Positions 42,469 to 51,401 of a DNA stretch of 64,000 nt are shown in pieces. The stretch's first letter is position 1, and each line of letters starts with the position of its first letter. Made by a program: the position numbers and the translations under genes. The notes beneath the pieces were generated by a model, which saw only the letters and a program-made list of their open reading frames with translations, did not search any database and was not told the origin of the DNA. Source of the stretch: an uncultured Clostridia bacterium (lineage in GTDB: Bacteria > Bacillota > Clostridia > TANB77 > CAG-508). The DNA lies in assembly GCA_944387555.1 (NCBI GenBank), contig CALXFH010000001.1, positions 82,849 through 146,848 of the forward strand, read 5' to 3'.

Positions 42469-43462
42469 GTATTATAAATATTTAACATTTAATAGGCTTA
42501 TGGAAGCACATAAGAAAGCAAGAAGGGGAAAAGGATATAGAGAAGAAATAATAAAATTTAATCTAAAACAAGAAGAATATATAATGTATCTATTAGAAAG
42601 GTTGAGGAATAAGAGTTATAAACATGGAGGCTATAAAGTATTTTATATAACAGAGCCAAAACCTAGAAAAATAGAACGTTCAAGATATATAGATAGAATA
42701 GTACATACATTTTATGTAGAAAACTTTTTAAAACCATATTTTATGCCTTGTTTTATAAATACAAGTTATGCATGTATTCCATGTCGTGGTATGCATAAGG
42801 CATGTTTAGATGTGCAAAAAGCTATGAAACATTGTAAAAATATTTGGGGAGAATATTACATTCTAAAGATGGATGTAACAAAATATTTCCAAAATATAGA
42901 TAAGGACATATTGTTAGAAATATTAAAGAAGAAAATAAAGGATAAAGATTTATTGTGGTTAACAAAAGAAATAATATATTCAAATAAAGGAAAAAAGAGT
43001 TTACCAATTGGAAATTATACATCACAAATGTTTGCAAATATTTATTTAAATGAATTAGACCAATATGTGAAAAAAGAATTGGGAATAAAATATTACTTTC
43101 GTTATATGGATGACTCAGTTTTATTTGTACGTGGCAAAGAAGAAGCTAAATGCTATTTAGAAAAAATAAAAGAATTTATTTATTCTAAATTAGAACTAAC
43201 ATTAAATAAAAAAACACAAATATTTAAATCTAAACAAGGAGTAAATTTTTGTGGTTATAAAATAAATGAATATAGACTAAAGATTAGGGATAAAGGAAAA
43301 AGAAAATTAAAGAAAAAAATCGTAAAGTTAAAAAAGTTAATAAAAGAGGGAGAGCTTACAAGTGATGATGCTAAAAAATATTTAGTAGGTCATCTAGGAT
43401 ATATAAAAATAGCAGATACATATAAGTTAGAAAATAAACTATTTTATAGAGAAAATAAGTAA
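42446..43462 (+). CDS. DGR-type reverse transcriptase
   Basis: Motif 4 LPIGNYTSQMFANIYL (the [ILV]GxxxSQ DGR signature); motif 5 FRYMDDSVLF (YMDD); motif A region ILKMDVTKYFQNI; 338 aa with no maturase or endonuclease domains. Confidence 0.85.
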   Translation: MPKTIRNKYYKYLTFNRLMEAHKKARRGKGYREEIIKFNLKQEEYIMYLLERLRNKSYKHGGYKVFYITEPKPRKIERSRYIDRIVHTFYVENFLKPYFMPCFINTSYACIPCRGMHKACLDVQKAMKHCKNIWGEYYILKMDVTKYFQNIDKDILLEILKKKIKDKDLLWLTKEIIYSNKGKKSLPIGNYTSQMFANIYLNELDQYVKKELGIKYYFRYMDDSVLFVRGKEEAKCYLEKIKEFIYSKLELTLNKKTQIFKSKQGVNFCGYKINEYRLKIRDKGKRKLKKKIVKLKKLIKEGELTSDDAKKYLVGHLGYIKIADTYKLENKLFYRENK

Positions 43463-43521
43463 ATTTAGAAAATATAAAAAATTATTAAGTAAAAATAATT
43501 TTAATTAGGGATAAATCAAAA

Positions 43522-43632
43522 GGCCAACAACACAATAATCGTGGAGGTAATTCTAACAATAGCAACGCTCCTAGCAATCGTAACAACAACAATCCGAACA
43601 ATACCAACAGTAACAATTCAGCCCGTCTCACT
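43522..43632 (+). repeat. DGR template repeat (TR), rich in AAC/AAT codons
   Basis: ggccaacaacacaataatcgtggaggtaattctaacaatagcaacgctcctagcaatcgtaacaacaacaatccgaacaataccaacagtaacaattcagcccgtctcact. Confidence 0.85.
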
Positions 43633-43877
43633 CTAATACGATTCTAGATTATATATTTTAAGGAATATATACAATGAAAGTATTAGTATTAAAGAGATTT
43701 ATTCCTTCCTAATATAGGTAAAAAAGTATCAGTAAAATAGGTATTAGTAAAAATACCAAGAAGTATTTTGAATATACTTATTTTACAATTAATTATTTAA
43801 TTTAAGTTGATATATTTTTATTTAATTTAATTTATTTTATTTTTTAAATACTTAAAATTAATTTAAAGAGGTAAAAA

Positions 43878-44144
43878 ATGAATATATGTTTTGTAATAGG
43901 AAAAATAATAAGTGATATACAATTTGATTTTATAATAGACGGAAAAAGTATTGGGAAAAAATTTTCAATTGTAAGATTTGAAATAGAATTGCTAGATAAA
44001 GAAAAAACAAAAGTAAGTGTAATAGCTTATGGAAAAATAGCAGAAAAATGCTTTCAAAAGTTAGTAAAAAGTGATATTGTAAGTATATATGGCGACCTGA
44101 ATTCTAATGGAAAGTTAGAAATAGAAGAAATAGATTTATTATAA
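43878..44144 (+). CDS. Mini SSB-like OB-fold protein (88 aa) lacking the acidic tail
   Basis: MNICFVIGKIISDIQF..GKKFSIVRFEIEL..VIAYGKIAEKCFQKLVKSDIVSIYGDL follows the SSB N-terminal OB-fold pattern; RBS AAAGAGG. Confidence 0.4.
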   Translation: MNICFVIGKIISDIQFDFIIDGKSIGKKFSIVRFEIELLDKEKTKVSVIAYGKIAEKCFQKLVKSDIVSIYGDLNSNGKLEIEEIDLL

Positions 44145-44363
44145 AATAAAAAAATACATGTATATTATAAATAAAAAATAAAATAATAAATTATAATATA
44201 AAGAAAAAATAAGAAATAAGAAAACAGAAGAAAAAATAAAAGAATAAATAAAAACAAAAGAAAAAGGAAAAAATAATAAAATCTAAAAAAGGAATAATTA
44301 AAAATAAGGAAACAAAATAAATAAAAAAATAAAACAAAGTAGAAATAATTTTAAAATATAAAA

Positions 44364-44666
44364 ATGGAGGTTTATAAAATGGAAGAAAATATAAATAAAA
44401 AAGATATGATAAAATTAATATATAAAGCACAAGAGGAGAAAATAGATAATATTATTAAAAAAGTAAATAGAGAAGTAAAGGATGAATTAAAAACAATAAA
44501 TACAGAAAAAGTAATAGCTTCATCTAATGAGCCAAATGAAACACGAGAAGTTTTTAGAAAAATAGAAGATAACTATAATATAAAAATAACAAGATATAAT
44601 GAAGAAATGTATAAAAAAGGGTTTATAGATGGTGTAAACTTTATGATGAATTGTTTAGACAAATAA
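44364..44666 (+). CDS. Hypothetical protein
   Basis: RBS AATGGAGG; normal composition; no family recognised. Confidence 0.4.
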   Translation: MEVYKMEENINKKDMIKLIYKAQEEKIDNIIKKVNREVKDELKTINTEKVIASSNEPNETREVFRKIEDNYNIKITRYNEEMYKKGFIDGVNFMMNCLDK

Positions 44667-44683
44667 AATAATTGGGGACGTTT

Positions 44684-44719
44684 CCTTTTGCGCATTTTTG
44701 CGCAATCTGGGACACATTT
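44684..44719 (+). repeat. GGGAC-element copy B, immediately 3' of the 44364..44666 stop
   Basis: ggggacgtttccttttgcgcatttttgcgcaatctgggacacattt. Confidence 0.7.
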
Positions 44720-44739
44720 ATTAAACAATAAAAATATAA

Positions 44740-44789
44740 ATCATAAAAAACGTGATAATATCACGAAATTGTTAGCTAAAAACGTGATT
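44740..44789. promoter_or_regulatory. Two similar 15-bp palindromes, ACGTGATAATATCACG and ACGTGATTAAATCACG, ~17 bp apart (operator-like)
   Basis: Read directly; ~440 bp upstream of gyrA. Confidence 0.45.
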
Positions 44790-45163
44790 AAATCACGTTT
44801 TCCTTTCTAAATAATTATAAAAAGATATATTAAAAATAGAATCTATTACAACGGCACACAAAATAAAGAATATTTGTGCACCATTGTAGTGTTATAAAAT
44901 ATTAAAAAAATAAATTATATGAAATATGTGTAATATGTATGATATATGTTTGGATTAAATGCTTGCAAAATAATGTAAATATAAGGGATTTTCAGTTGTT
45001 TGGATTTTCCGAACAACTGAAATTAAAAAGTATTAATAAAAATAAATAAGTAATATATAATAATTTTTTTTATTCAAAAATTTATTATAAAATAACATTA
45101 AAAAAATTAATAGAAAAAAGCAAAAAATACCTTACTGAATAAGGAATTTCTTGTTAAAATTAC

Positions 45164-45192
45164 TTGCAAAATTTATCTAGTTTTAGTATAAT
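45164..45192 (+). promoter_or_regulatory. gyrA promoter (TTGCAA-17-TATAAT)
   Basis: TTGCAA 45164-45169, TATAAT 45187-45192, ~40 nt upstream of the gyrA ATG. Confidence 0.55.
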
Positions 45193-45231
45193 ACAAATGT
45201 AGAAAAATACGAAGAAAAGAGGGAAAACAAT

Positions 45232-47694
45232 ATGGAAGAAACACCAAAAAGAAATGACGGAAAAATAATAGAAAGAGACATCGAAAAAGAAATGAGAACA
45301 GCCTACATAGACTATGCAATGAGTGTTATTGTATCACGTGCACTTCCAGACGCAAGAGATGGTTTAAAACCAGTACATAGAAGAATATTATATGCTATGT
45401 ATGAAGATGGAATAACATCAGATAAACCATACAGAAAGAGTGCTAATACAGTAGGTTCAGTTCTAGGAAGATACCATCCACATGGAGATAGCTCTGTTTA
45501 TGATGCAATGGTAAGAATGGCACAAGACTTCTCAATGAGATACCAATTAATAGATGGACATGGAAACTTTGGTTCTGTAGACGGTGATGGAGCAGCAGCT
45601 ATGAGGTACACAGAAGCTAGAATGTCAAAAATAGCATCATATATGCTTACAGATATTGAAAAAAATACTGTAGACTTTATGCCAAACTATGATGATAGAT
45701 TACAAGAACCAACAGTATTACCAGCAAGAATACCATTGTTATTAGTAAATGGATCATCAGGTATAGCCGTAGGTATGGCGACAAACATACCACCACATAA
45801 CTTAACAGAAGTTATAAATGGAATAATAAAAGTAATAGATGAAGACAATGTGTCAGATGAAGACTTAATGAAAATAATAAAAGGACCAGATTTCCCAACA
45901 GAAGGACTAATATTAGGACGTGAAGGAATTAAAAAAGCATATACAACAGGAAGAGGAAAAATAACATTAAGAGCAGAAACAAACATTGAGGAAATGAGTG
46001 GAAATAGACAAAGAATAATAGTTTCATCATTACCATATCAAGTAAATAAAGCAAACTTAATAAAAACAATATCAGAATTATCTAAAGAAAAGAAAATAGA
46101 AGGAATCTCAGAATGTAGAGATGAATCAGATAGAAAAGAAAAAGTAAGAGTAGTAATAGAACTAAAAAGAGATACAAATGCACAAGTTGTATTAAACCAA
46201 TTATTTAAACATACACAAATGCAAACAACATTTGGTGTTATAATGCTTGCATTAGTTAATGGAGAACCAAAAATATTAACATTAAGACAAGCAATAGATG
46301 TTTATATTCAGCATAGAAAAGAAGTTATAACAAGAAGAACACAATTTGATTTAGATAAAGCATTAGCAAGAGCTCATATATTAGAAGGATTAAGAATAGC
46401 AATAGACAACATCGATGAAGTAATTCAAATAATACGTTCATCATATGATGATGCAAAAGAAAGATTAATGGAAAGATTTGGATTATCAGATGTACAAGCT
46501 CAAGCAATTCTAGATATGAGATTAAAAACACTATCAGGTTTGCAACGTGAAAAAATAGAAGAAGAATATAAACAATTAATGGAATTAATAGACCATTTAA
46601 GAGCAATACTTTCAAGTGAAAAACTACTATTTGATGTAATGAAAGAAGAATTAATCGAAGTAAGAGATAAATTTGGAGATGAAAGAAAAACAAAAATAGT
46701 AGCATCAGAAGCAGAAATAGAATTAGAAGACTTAATAAAAGAAGAAGAATGTGTAGTAGCTCTAACACATTATGGTTATATTAAGAGAATGCCAATAGAT
46801 ACATATAGAAGCCAAAGAAGAGGCGGGAAAGGTATAACAGGAATGGTAACTCGTGAAAATGATTTTGTAAAAGAAATCTTTATAGCGTCAACACATGATA
46901 CGATTCTATTCTTCTCAAATAAAGGAAAACTATATAAATTAAGAGGATATGAAATACCAGAAGCAGGAAGAACTGCAAAAGGAACAGCAATAGTTAATTT
47001 ATTAAGTTTAGACCCAGGAGAAAAAGTATCAGCAGTAATACCATTACAAAACTTTGCAGAAGGAAAATACCTACTTATGGCAACAAAGAATGGATTAATT
47101 AAGAAAACAGCATTAAAAGAATATGATACAACAAGAAGAACAGGATTACAAGGAATAACACTAAAAGATGACGATGAATTAATAGCAGTTAGATTAACAG
47201 ACGGAGAAGATAATGTTGTATTAGTTACAAGAAAAGGATTATGTATAACATTTGATGAAAAAGAAGTAAGACCAATAGGTAGAGTAGCACAAGGTGTTAT
47301 AGGAATAAGACTAGATGACGATGATGAAGTAATTGGTATGGAATCTGTAATAAATGGAGGAAAAGCAACATTACTAGCAATAACTGAAAATGGATTTGGT
47401 AAGAGAACAGAACTTGATGAATATAGAGTACAAAAAAGAGGCGGAAGAGGAGTAATCACATATAAGATTACACCAAAGACAGGAGAACTAATAGGAGTAA
47501 GAATTGCAACTGAAGATGATGAAGTAATGTTAGTTACAGATACAGGAACAATTATAAGATTAAAAGTAAAAGATATAAGCATCTTAGGAAGATCAACACA
47601 AGGAGTTACTCTAATGAGAACAAGCGATGGTGGAAAAGTAGTAGGAATGGAAATACTAACACCAGAAAAAGAAGAAATAGGAAAAATGTTATAA
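45232..47694 (+). CDS. gyrA: DNA gyrase subunit A
   Basis: Active-site region AAMRYTEARM; GyrA box; C-terminal beta-pinwheel repeats. Confidence 0.97.
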   Translation: MEETPKRNDGKIIERDIEKEMRTAYIDYAMSVIVSRALPDARDGLKPVHRRILYAMYEDGITSDKPYRKSANTVGSVLGRYHPHGDSSVYDAMVRMAQDFSMRYQLIDGHGNFGSVDGDGAAAMRYTEARMSKIASYMLTDIEKNTVDFMPNYDDRLQEPTVLPARIPLLLVNGSSGIAVGMATNIPPHNLTEVINGIIKVIDEDNVSDEDLMKIIKGPDFPTEGLILGREGIKKAYTTGRGKITLRAETNIEEMSGNRQRIIVSSLPYQVNKANLIKTISELSKEKKIEGISECRDESDRKEKVRVVIELKRDTNAQVVLNQLFKHTQMQTTFGVIMLALVNGEPKILTLRQAIDVYIQHRKEVITRRTQFDLDKALARAHILEGLRIAIDNIDEVIQIIRSSYDDAKERLMERFGLSDVQAQAILDMRLKTLSGLQREKIEEEYKQLMELIDHLRAILSSEKLLFDVMKEELIEVRDKFGDERKTKIVASEAEIELEDLIKEEECVVALTHYGYIKRMPIDTYRSQRRGGKGITGMVTRENDFVKEIFIASTHDTILFFSNKGKLYKLRGYEIPEAGRTAKGTAIVNLLSLDPGEKVSAVIPLQNFAEGKYLLMATKNGLIKKTALKEYDTTRRTGLQGITLKDDDELIAVRLTDGEDNVVLVTRKGLCITFDEKEVRPIGRVAQGVIGIRLDDDDEVIGMESVINGGKATLLAITENGFGKRTELDEYRVQKRGGRGVITYKITPKTGELIGVRIATEDDEVMLVTDTGTIIRLKVKDISILGRSTQGVTLMRTSDGGKVVGMEILTPEKEEIGKML

Positions 47695-47706
47695 AATAAA
47701 GGAAAT

Positions 47707-47759
47707 GTCCCATTTGGGACGTTTCCTTTTGTCGGTTTTTCGACAATTTGGGACACATT
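47707..47759 (+). repeat. GGGAC-element copy C, immediately 3' of the gyrA stop
   Basis: gtcccatttgggacgtttccttttgtcggtttttcgacaatttgggacacattt. Confidence 0.7.
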
Positions 47760-47997
47760 TAATTGATAAAAAGATATACAAATTTTAATTTGTTTCTTAA
47801 AAGTCAATTTTATTTTCTTTTAACTAAAATTATTTTACATAATTTTAATATGTAAACTTCACTTAACACTTTTCACAAATTTATTCCTGTTTTAGTAACT
47901 TTTCTTGTATTATAGTATATATTTTTTAAAAAAATAAATAATTAATAAAAAATATAAAAATAAATATGAATATAAATATAAATATAAATATAAAAAC

Positions 47998-48030
47998 CCC
48001 ATTAATGTAAATGGATAAAACATTAATGGG
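47998..48030. terminator. Bidirectional hairpin terminator between the convergent gyrA and dnaI-like genes
   Basis: cccattaatg-taaatggataaaa-cattaatggg, a perfect 10-bp stem. Confidence 0.6.
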
Positions 48031-48048
48031 ATTTAAATTGTTTTCTAA

Positions 48049-49069
48049 TTATTTTCTAAATCTTAAATCATCACCAAAGAAACAATAAATATCATAGTAG
48101 CCTGCAATTCTTGAACCAATTCTTTCCTCGTAATTATTAAAGATTTCATTAATATTTAAATTAGTAGAAATAATAGTTTTAGTAATTTTATTATTTTGGT
48201 TTAAAATTCTAGTGTTTATAATATTAAATAATTCACTAAGTTTCATACTGTTTAAACTTTCTGTTCCTAAGTCATCAATAATTAAAAGGTCAGCCTCTAA
48301 AACAGATTTATAAATATTATCATTAGAATTGTTATTATAATTTTTATTTTTATTAAATTTATAATCTATAATGCTTTCTAAAAGAACAGGAGCTGTTTGG
48401 TAAAGAACAGTTTTACCTTTTTTCAACAACTCATAGGCTACACAGTTTGACATAAAAGTCTTACCGTAAACCTGCATATCCTGTAAAAAGTAAATTCTTG
48501 TAATTTGGATTATCAAAATTTTCTATAAATTCTATACATTTATCCTTAATATTTAAAATGTTTTTTCTAGGTGAAATATTAAATCTGTATTTTGCAACAT
48601 CAACTTCATCAGAAAAAATATTAGGGTTAAAAGTAGAAAAATTTTCTTTATCTAAATTAGACATATTAGATTTATTAAAAGAATAATCAAGTAATTTTTG
48701 CTTTAAACAACTGCACATGGTTGTTTTGTAATTACTATCAGTAATATATCCAGTGTCATTACAAATAGAACATTCATAATGAGGTTTTAGATAATTTGAA
48801 GGTATATTAAATTCTCTAAAAATATCTTCTTTTTGTTGTTTTAAAGTATTAACTTTACGTTTTAATTCTTCTTGTTCTTCTAAAGAGTTGCCACTATTTA
48901 AAATATTCTTAGCTGTCCTAATTGCAAAACTATTTAATTCATCTTCAATTTCCCTTAACCTAGGAACTTTTTTATATAAGTCATCTTTTCTTCTTTCAGC
49001 CTCAAGTTCTGCATTTAACTTCTTTTGTTCATATTCTTTTAATAAAGAATTTAAAAGCTCGTTTGCCAT
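48049..49069 (-). pseudogene. DnaI/DnaC-like helicase loader (N-terminal Zn-binding domain + AAA+), split by a +1 frameshift inside the Walker A codons
   Basis: ORF 48461..49069 ends ..NLLFTGYAGLR*, and ORF 48049..48516 has ..VYGKTFMSNCVAYELLKKG and Walker B DLLIIDDLGTE. Skipping one G near 48478 restores LLFTGYAVYGKTF, i.e. GxxxxGKT. Cys cluster YECSICNDTGY..CSC. Confidence 0.75.
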
Positions 49070-50065
49070 TTAAGCCTCCTTGTTATCGGTATTTACATTA
49101 CTATTTGTATTTGCATAAAGAAAATCTAAATTATTGTATTTACGTTGCTCATAATTTGTTTTCTTTACGTTTGCTTTTAATGCTTTAGTATCTTTTTCTT
49201 GTTTCTTTCTTTGTTCTAAAAATGCATTAACTTGGTCAGGAGTTTTTAAACCTCTTTCATGCCAATCTGTTATAATCTTATTTATATAATCAAAAGTAGG
49301 ATTTTGTTTAAAAACAGTTCTTTTTAACGCAAGTTCAATAACATTCATATCATAACCAAAATTGCAAACCCAATTTTCTATGTAAGCTTTTTCATATTGA
49401 GTTAAACCATTATATTTACCAAGCTTTTTAGCGATAGTTTTATTAATTTTGTTTAAAGCTTCTTGTTGTTGATAGTATATATCTAAGTCGTTCCAAGTTT
49501 TAACTTTGTTAGAAGCCCAAGCTTCAGCTACTGTTTGAACATAGTTCCTATGTAATGCACTACGTTTATAACAATAGTCAAATAAAGCAATCATGACTTG
49601 CTCATCAAAGCCGTATTTTCTAAACCATAAATCAATATCATTATACCAAGAAGGACCCATAATTCCTTGGAAATACATGTTATTAATATGTTCAATAGCT
49701 TTTGTTCTTGATTTATTTTTAGCATTTTGCTCGATTTTTTCTTTAGAAAGACTAAGATTAGGAGTATATAAATTATGAAGAGTTGTTTCTTGTAAATCTA
49801 CAATAATATATCCAGTAGTTTTTTTAGTAATAAGACCATGCTCTTCTAAAAATTTAGTTCCTTCATTAATCTCTTTTAAAGGAATATTTAATTTTTTAGA
49901 TAAATCATTTAATTTAACATCTTTACCATATTTAGATAAAAAGATTAAATATAAATATATTTTTAAATAATTACCAGGAATTTCAGATAAATGTTCTGAA
50001 AAAAATATATCTGGAATTGCTGTTTCTGAGAATAAAAGTGGTTTTTCATTTTGTTCTAATTTCAT
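49070..50065 (-). CDS. DnaD-domain replication initiation / helicase-loading protein (DnaB/DnaD-like)
   Basis: C-terminal DnaD-like domain (..NWVCNFGYDMNVIELALKRT..ITDWHERGLKTPDQV); operon with the dnaI-like gene. Confidence 0.65.
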   Translation of the reverse strand: MKLEQNEKPLLFSETAIPDIFFSEHLSEIPGNYLKIYLYLIFLSKYGKDVKLNDLSKKLNIPLKEINEGTKFLEEHGLITKKTTGYIIVDLQETTLHNLYTPNLSLSKEKIEQNAKNKSRTKAIEHINNMYFQGIMGPSWYNDIDLWFRKYGFDEQVMIALFDYCYKRSALHRNYVQTVAEAWASNKVKTWNDLDIYYQQQEALNKINKTIAKKLGKYNGLTQYEKAYIENWVCNFGYDMNVIELALKRTVFKQNPTFDYINKIITDWHERGLKTPDQVNAFLEQRKKQEKDTKALKANVKKTNYEQRKYNNLDFLYANTNSNVNTDNKEA

Positions 50066-50162
50066 TAAAATCTCCCCTAATCTATTTTAAAGTTTGTACA
50101 TCAAATTATAACTTTTTTAGACAAAAAATTCAAGTTTAATTTTCATATATTTTATATATTTA

Positions 50163-50465
50163 TTATCTTATTTTTTTCTTCCATTTTTTACTGTAAAAAT
50201 AAATCTTTTGCCTAAATATAAACTTAAATAGATATCTAATTACAACAACAATATTTTCACCATGAAAGCCTGAAAAACTAAGTAATAATAAAGGAAAACA
50301 AAGTGTAATAAAAACAAAAACTTTAATATCAATTGAATTAAAAATTAAATTAACTAAAATAAGAACAATTACATACCAAACGACATTAACAAAAGCAGTG
50401 GTATAGTCAATAATACCTAAAATTTTATTTTTAAAGTGATAATTTTGTGGAAAAATAAATTTCAA
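50163..50465 (-). CDS. Small two-TM membrane protein (possibly VirB3/PrgI-like)
   Basis: 100 aa, two hydrophobic helices, basic tail. Confidence 0.3.
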   Translation of the reverse strand: MKFIFPQNYHFKNKILGIIDYTTAFVNVVWYVIVLILVNLIFNSIDIKVFVFITLCFPLLLLSFSGFHGENIVVVIRYLFKFIFRQKIYFYSKKWKKKIR

Positions 50466-50512
50466 GATAAAGCCTCCTTGTAATAATAATATTTAGTTTA
50501 AATTTTCATGTT

Positions 50513-51391
50513 TTAAGATCTAAAACTAGTTAAAGATTTCACAGATTGTGAAACTTCTGTGGAAATTCCACCTATAAATTGCCTTACAAATGTATTTGCT
50601 CTAATTAATGCATAAACACCACCTACGTATACAAATTTATTAAATAAATTAGTCTCTGAATAATCTAAAGAAAATAAAATTAATAAAACTAAAGATACAA
50701 TAATTTGTATAAATAACAATGAAAATAAATTCTTAAGCCATGATTTAAAGAACCAAGATGTAGAATCCAGATTAAGAGAAATAAATGCAAAAGGAGCAAG
50801 AAGGACAAAAACTTTAATCATAATATATCTAAGTGAATAAGAAAATACTAAACTTAAAAGTGAAAGACTAAGAGTACTTTTAATTAAGCCATCAACAGAG
50901 AATATATTTAAAGAATTAGTATCAACAGCTACATTTGTATTTATTGTATTAATTAATTCAGAAAAAGAAATTTCTTTACCAAAGAGATTTTCACCAAGGC
51001 TTCTTATAGCTAAAGATATATTAGAATTTAAATCTAAAATCATTTGCACAATAAAGAAAGAGAAATTCATACAAATACCAAATAAAACAATTTTTATAAT
51101 AAAACTAAAAGGAGAATCAACTTTATGGTATGTAATATGTGACATTAAATATTTAAATGCATAATAAATAATAAAACCTAAAAGAAGTGAGTTTGCAATA
51201 AGAAGAATACCATTAGAAGTTGATGTTCCGAATAGTTTTTCAAAATTTTGGTCATTTAGAATATCTGAATTAACAAAAGTTATTTGGTCTAAAACAGAAT
51301 ATAAATTATTATCAATAGATGCAAATAGTGTTTCAAAAATACTATTAATTGTATCTATAATTGTTTGTGTAATATTAGTTGAACTTTCCAA
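50513..51391 (-). CDS. Polytopic membrane protein (possibly VirB6/TrbL-like)
   Basis: 292 aa with ~6 TM helices; lies between the pilin-like and T4CP-like genes. Confidence 0.35.
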   Translation of the reverse strand: MESSTNITQTIIDTINSIFETLFASIDNNLYSVLDQITFVNSDILNDQNFEKLFGTSTSNGILLIANSLLLGFIIYYAFKYLMSHITYHKVDSPFSFIIKIVLFGICMNFSFFIVQMILDLNSNISLAIRSLGENLFGKEISFSELINTINTNVAVDTNSLNIFSVDGLIKSTLSLSLLSLVFSYSLRYIMIKVFVLLAPFAFISLNLDSTSWFFKSWLKNLFSLLFIQIIVSLVLLILFSLDYSETNLFNKFVYVGGVYALIRANTFVRQFIGGISTEVSQSVKSLTSFRS

Positions 51392-51401
51392 AACAATCCT
51401 C

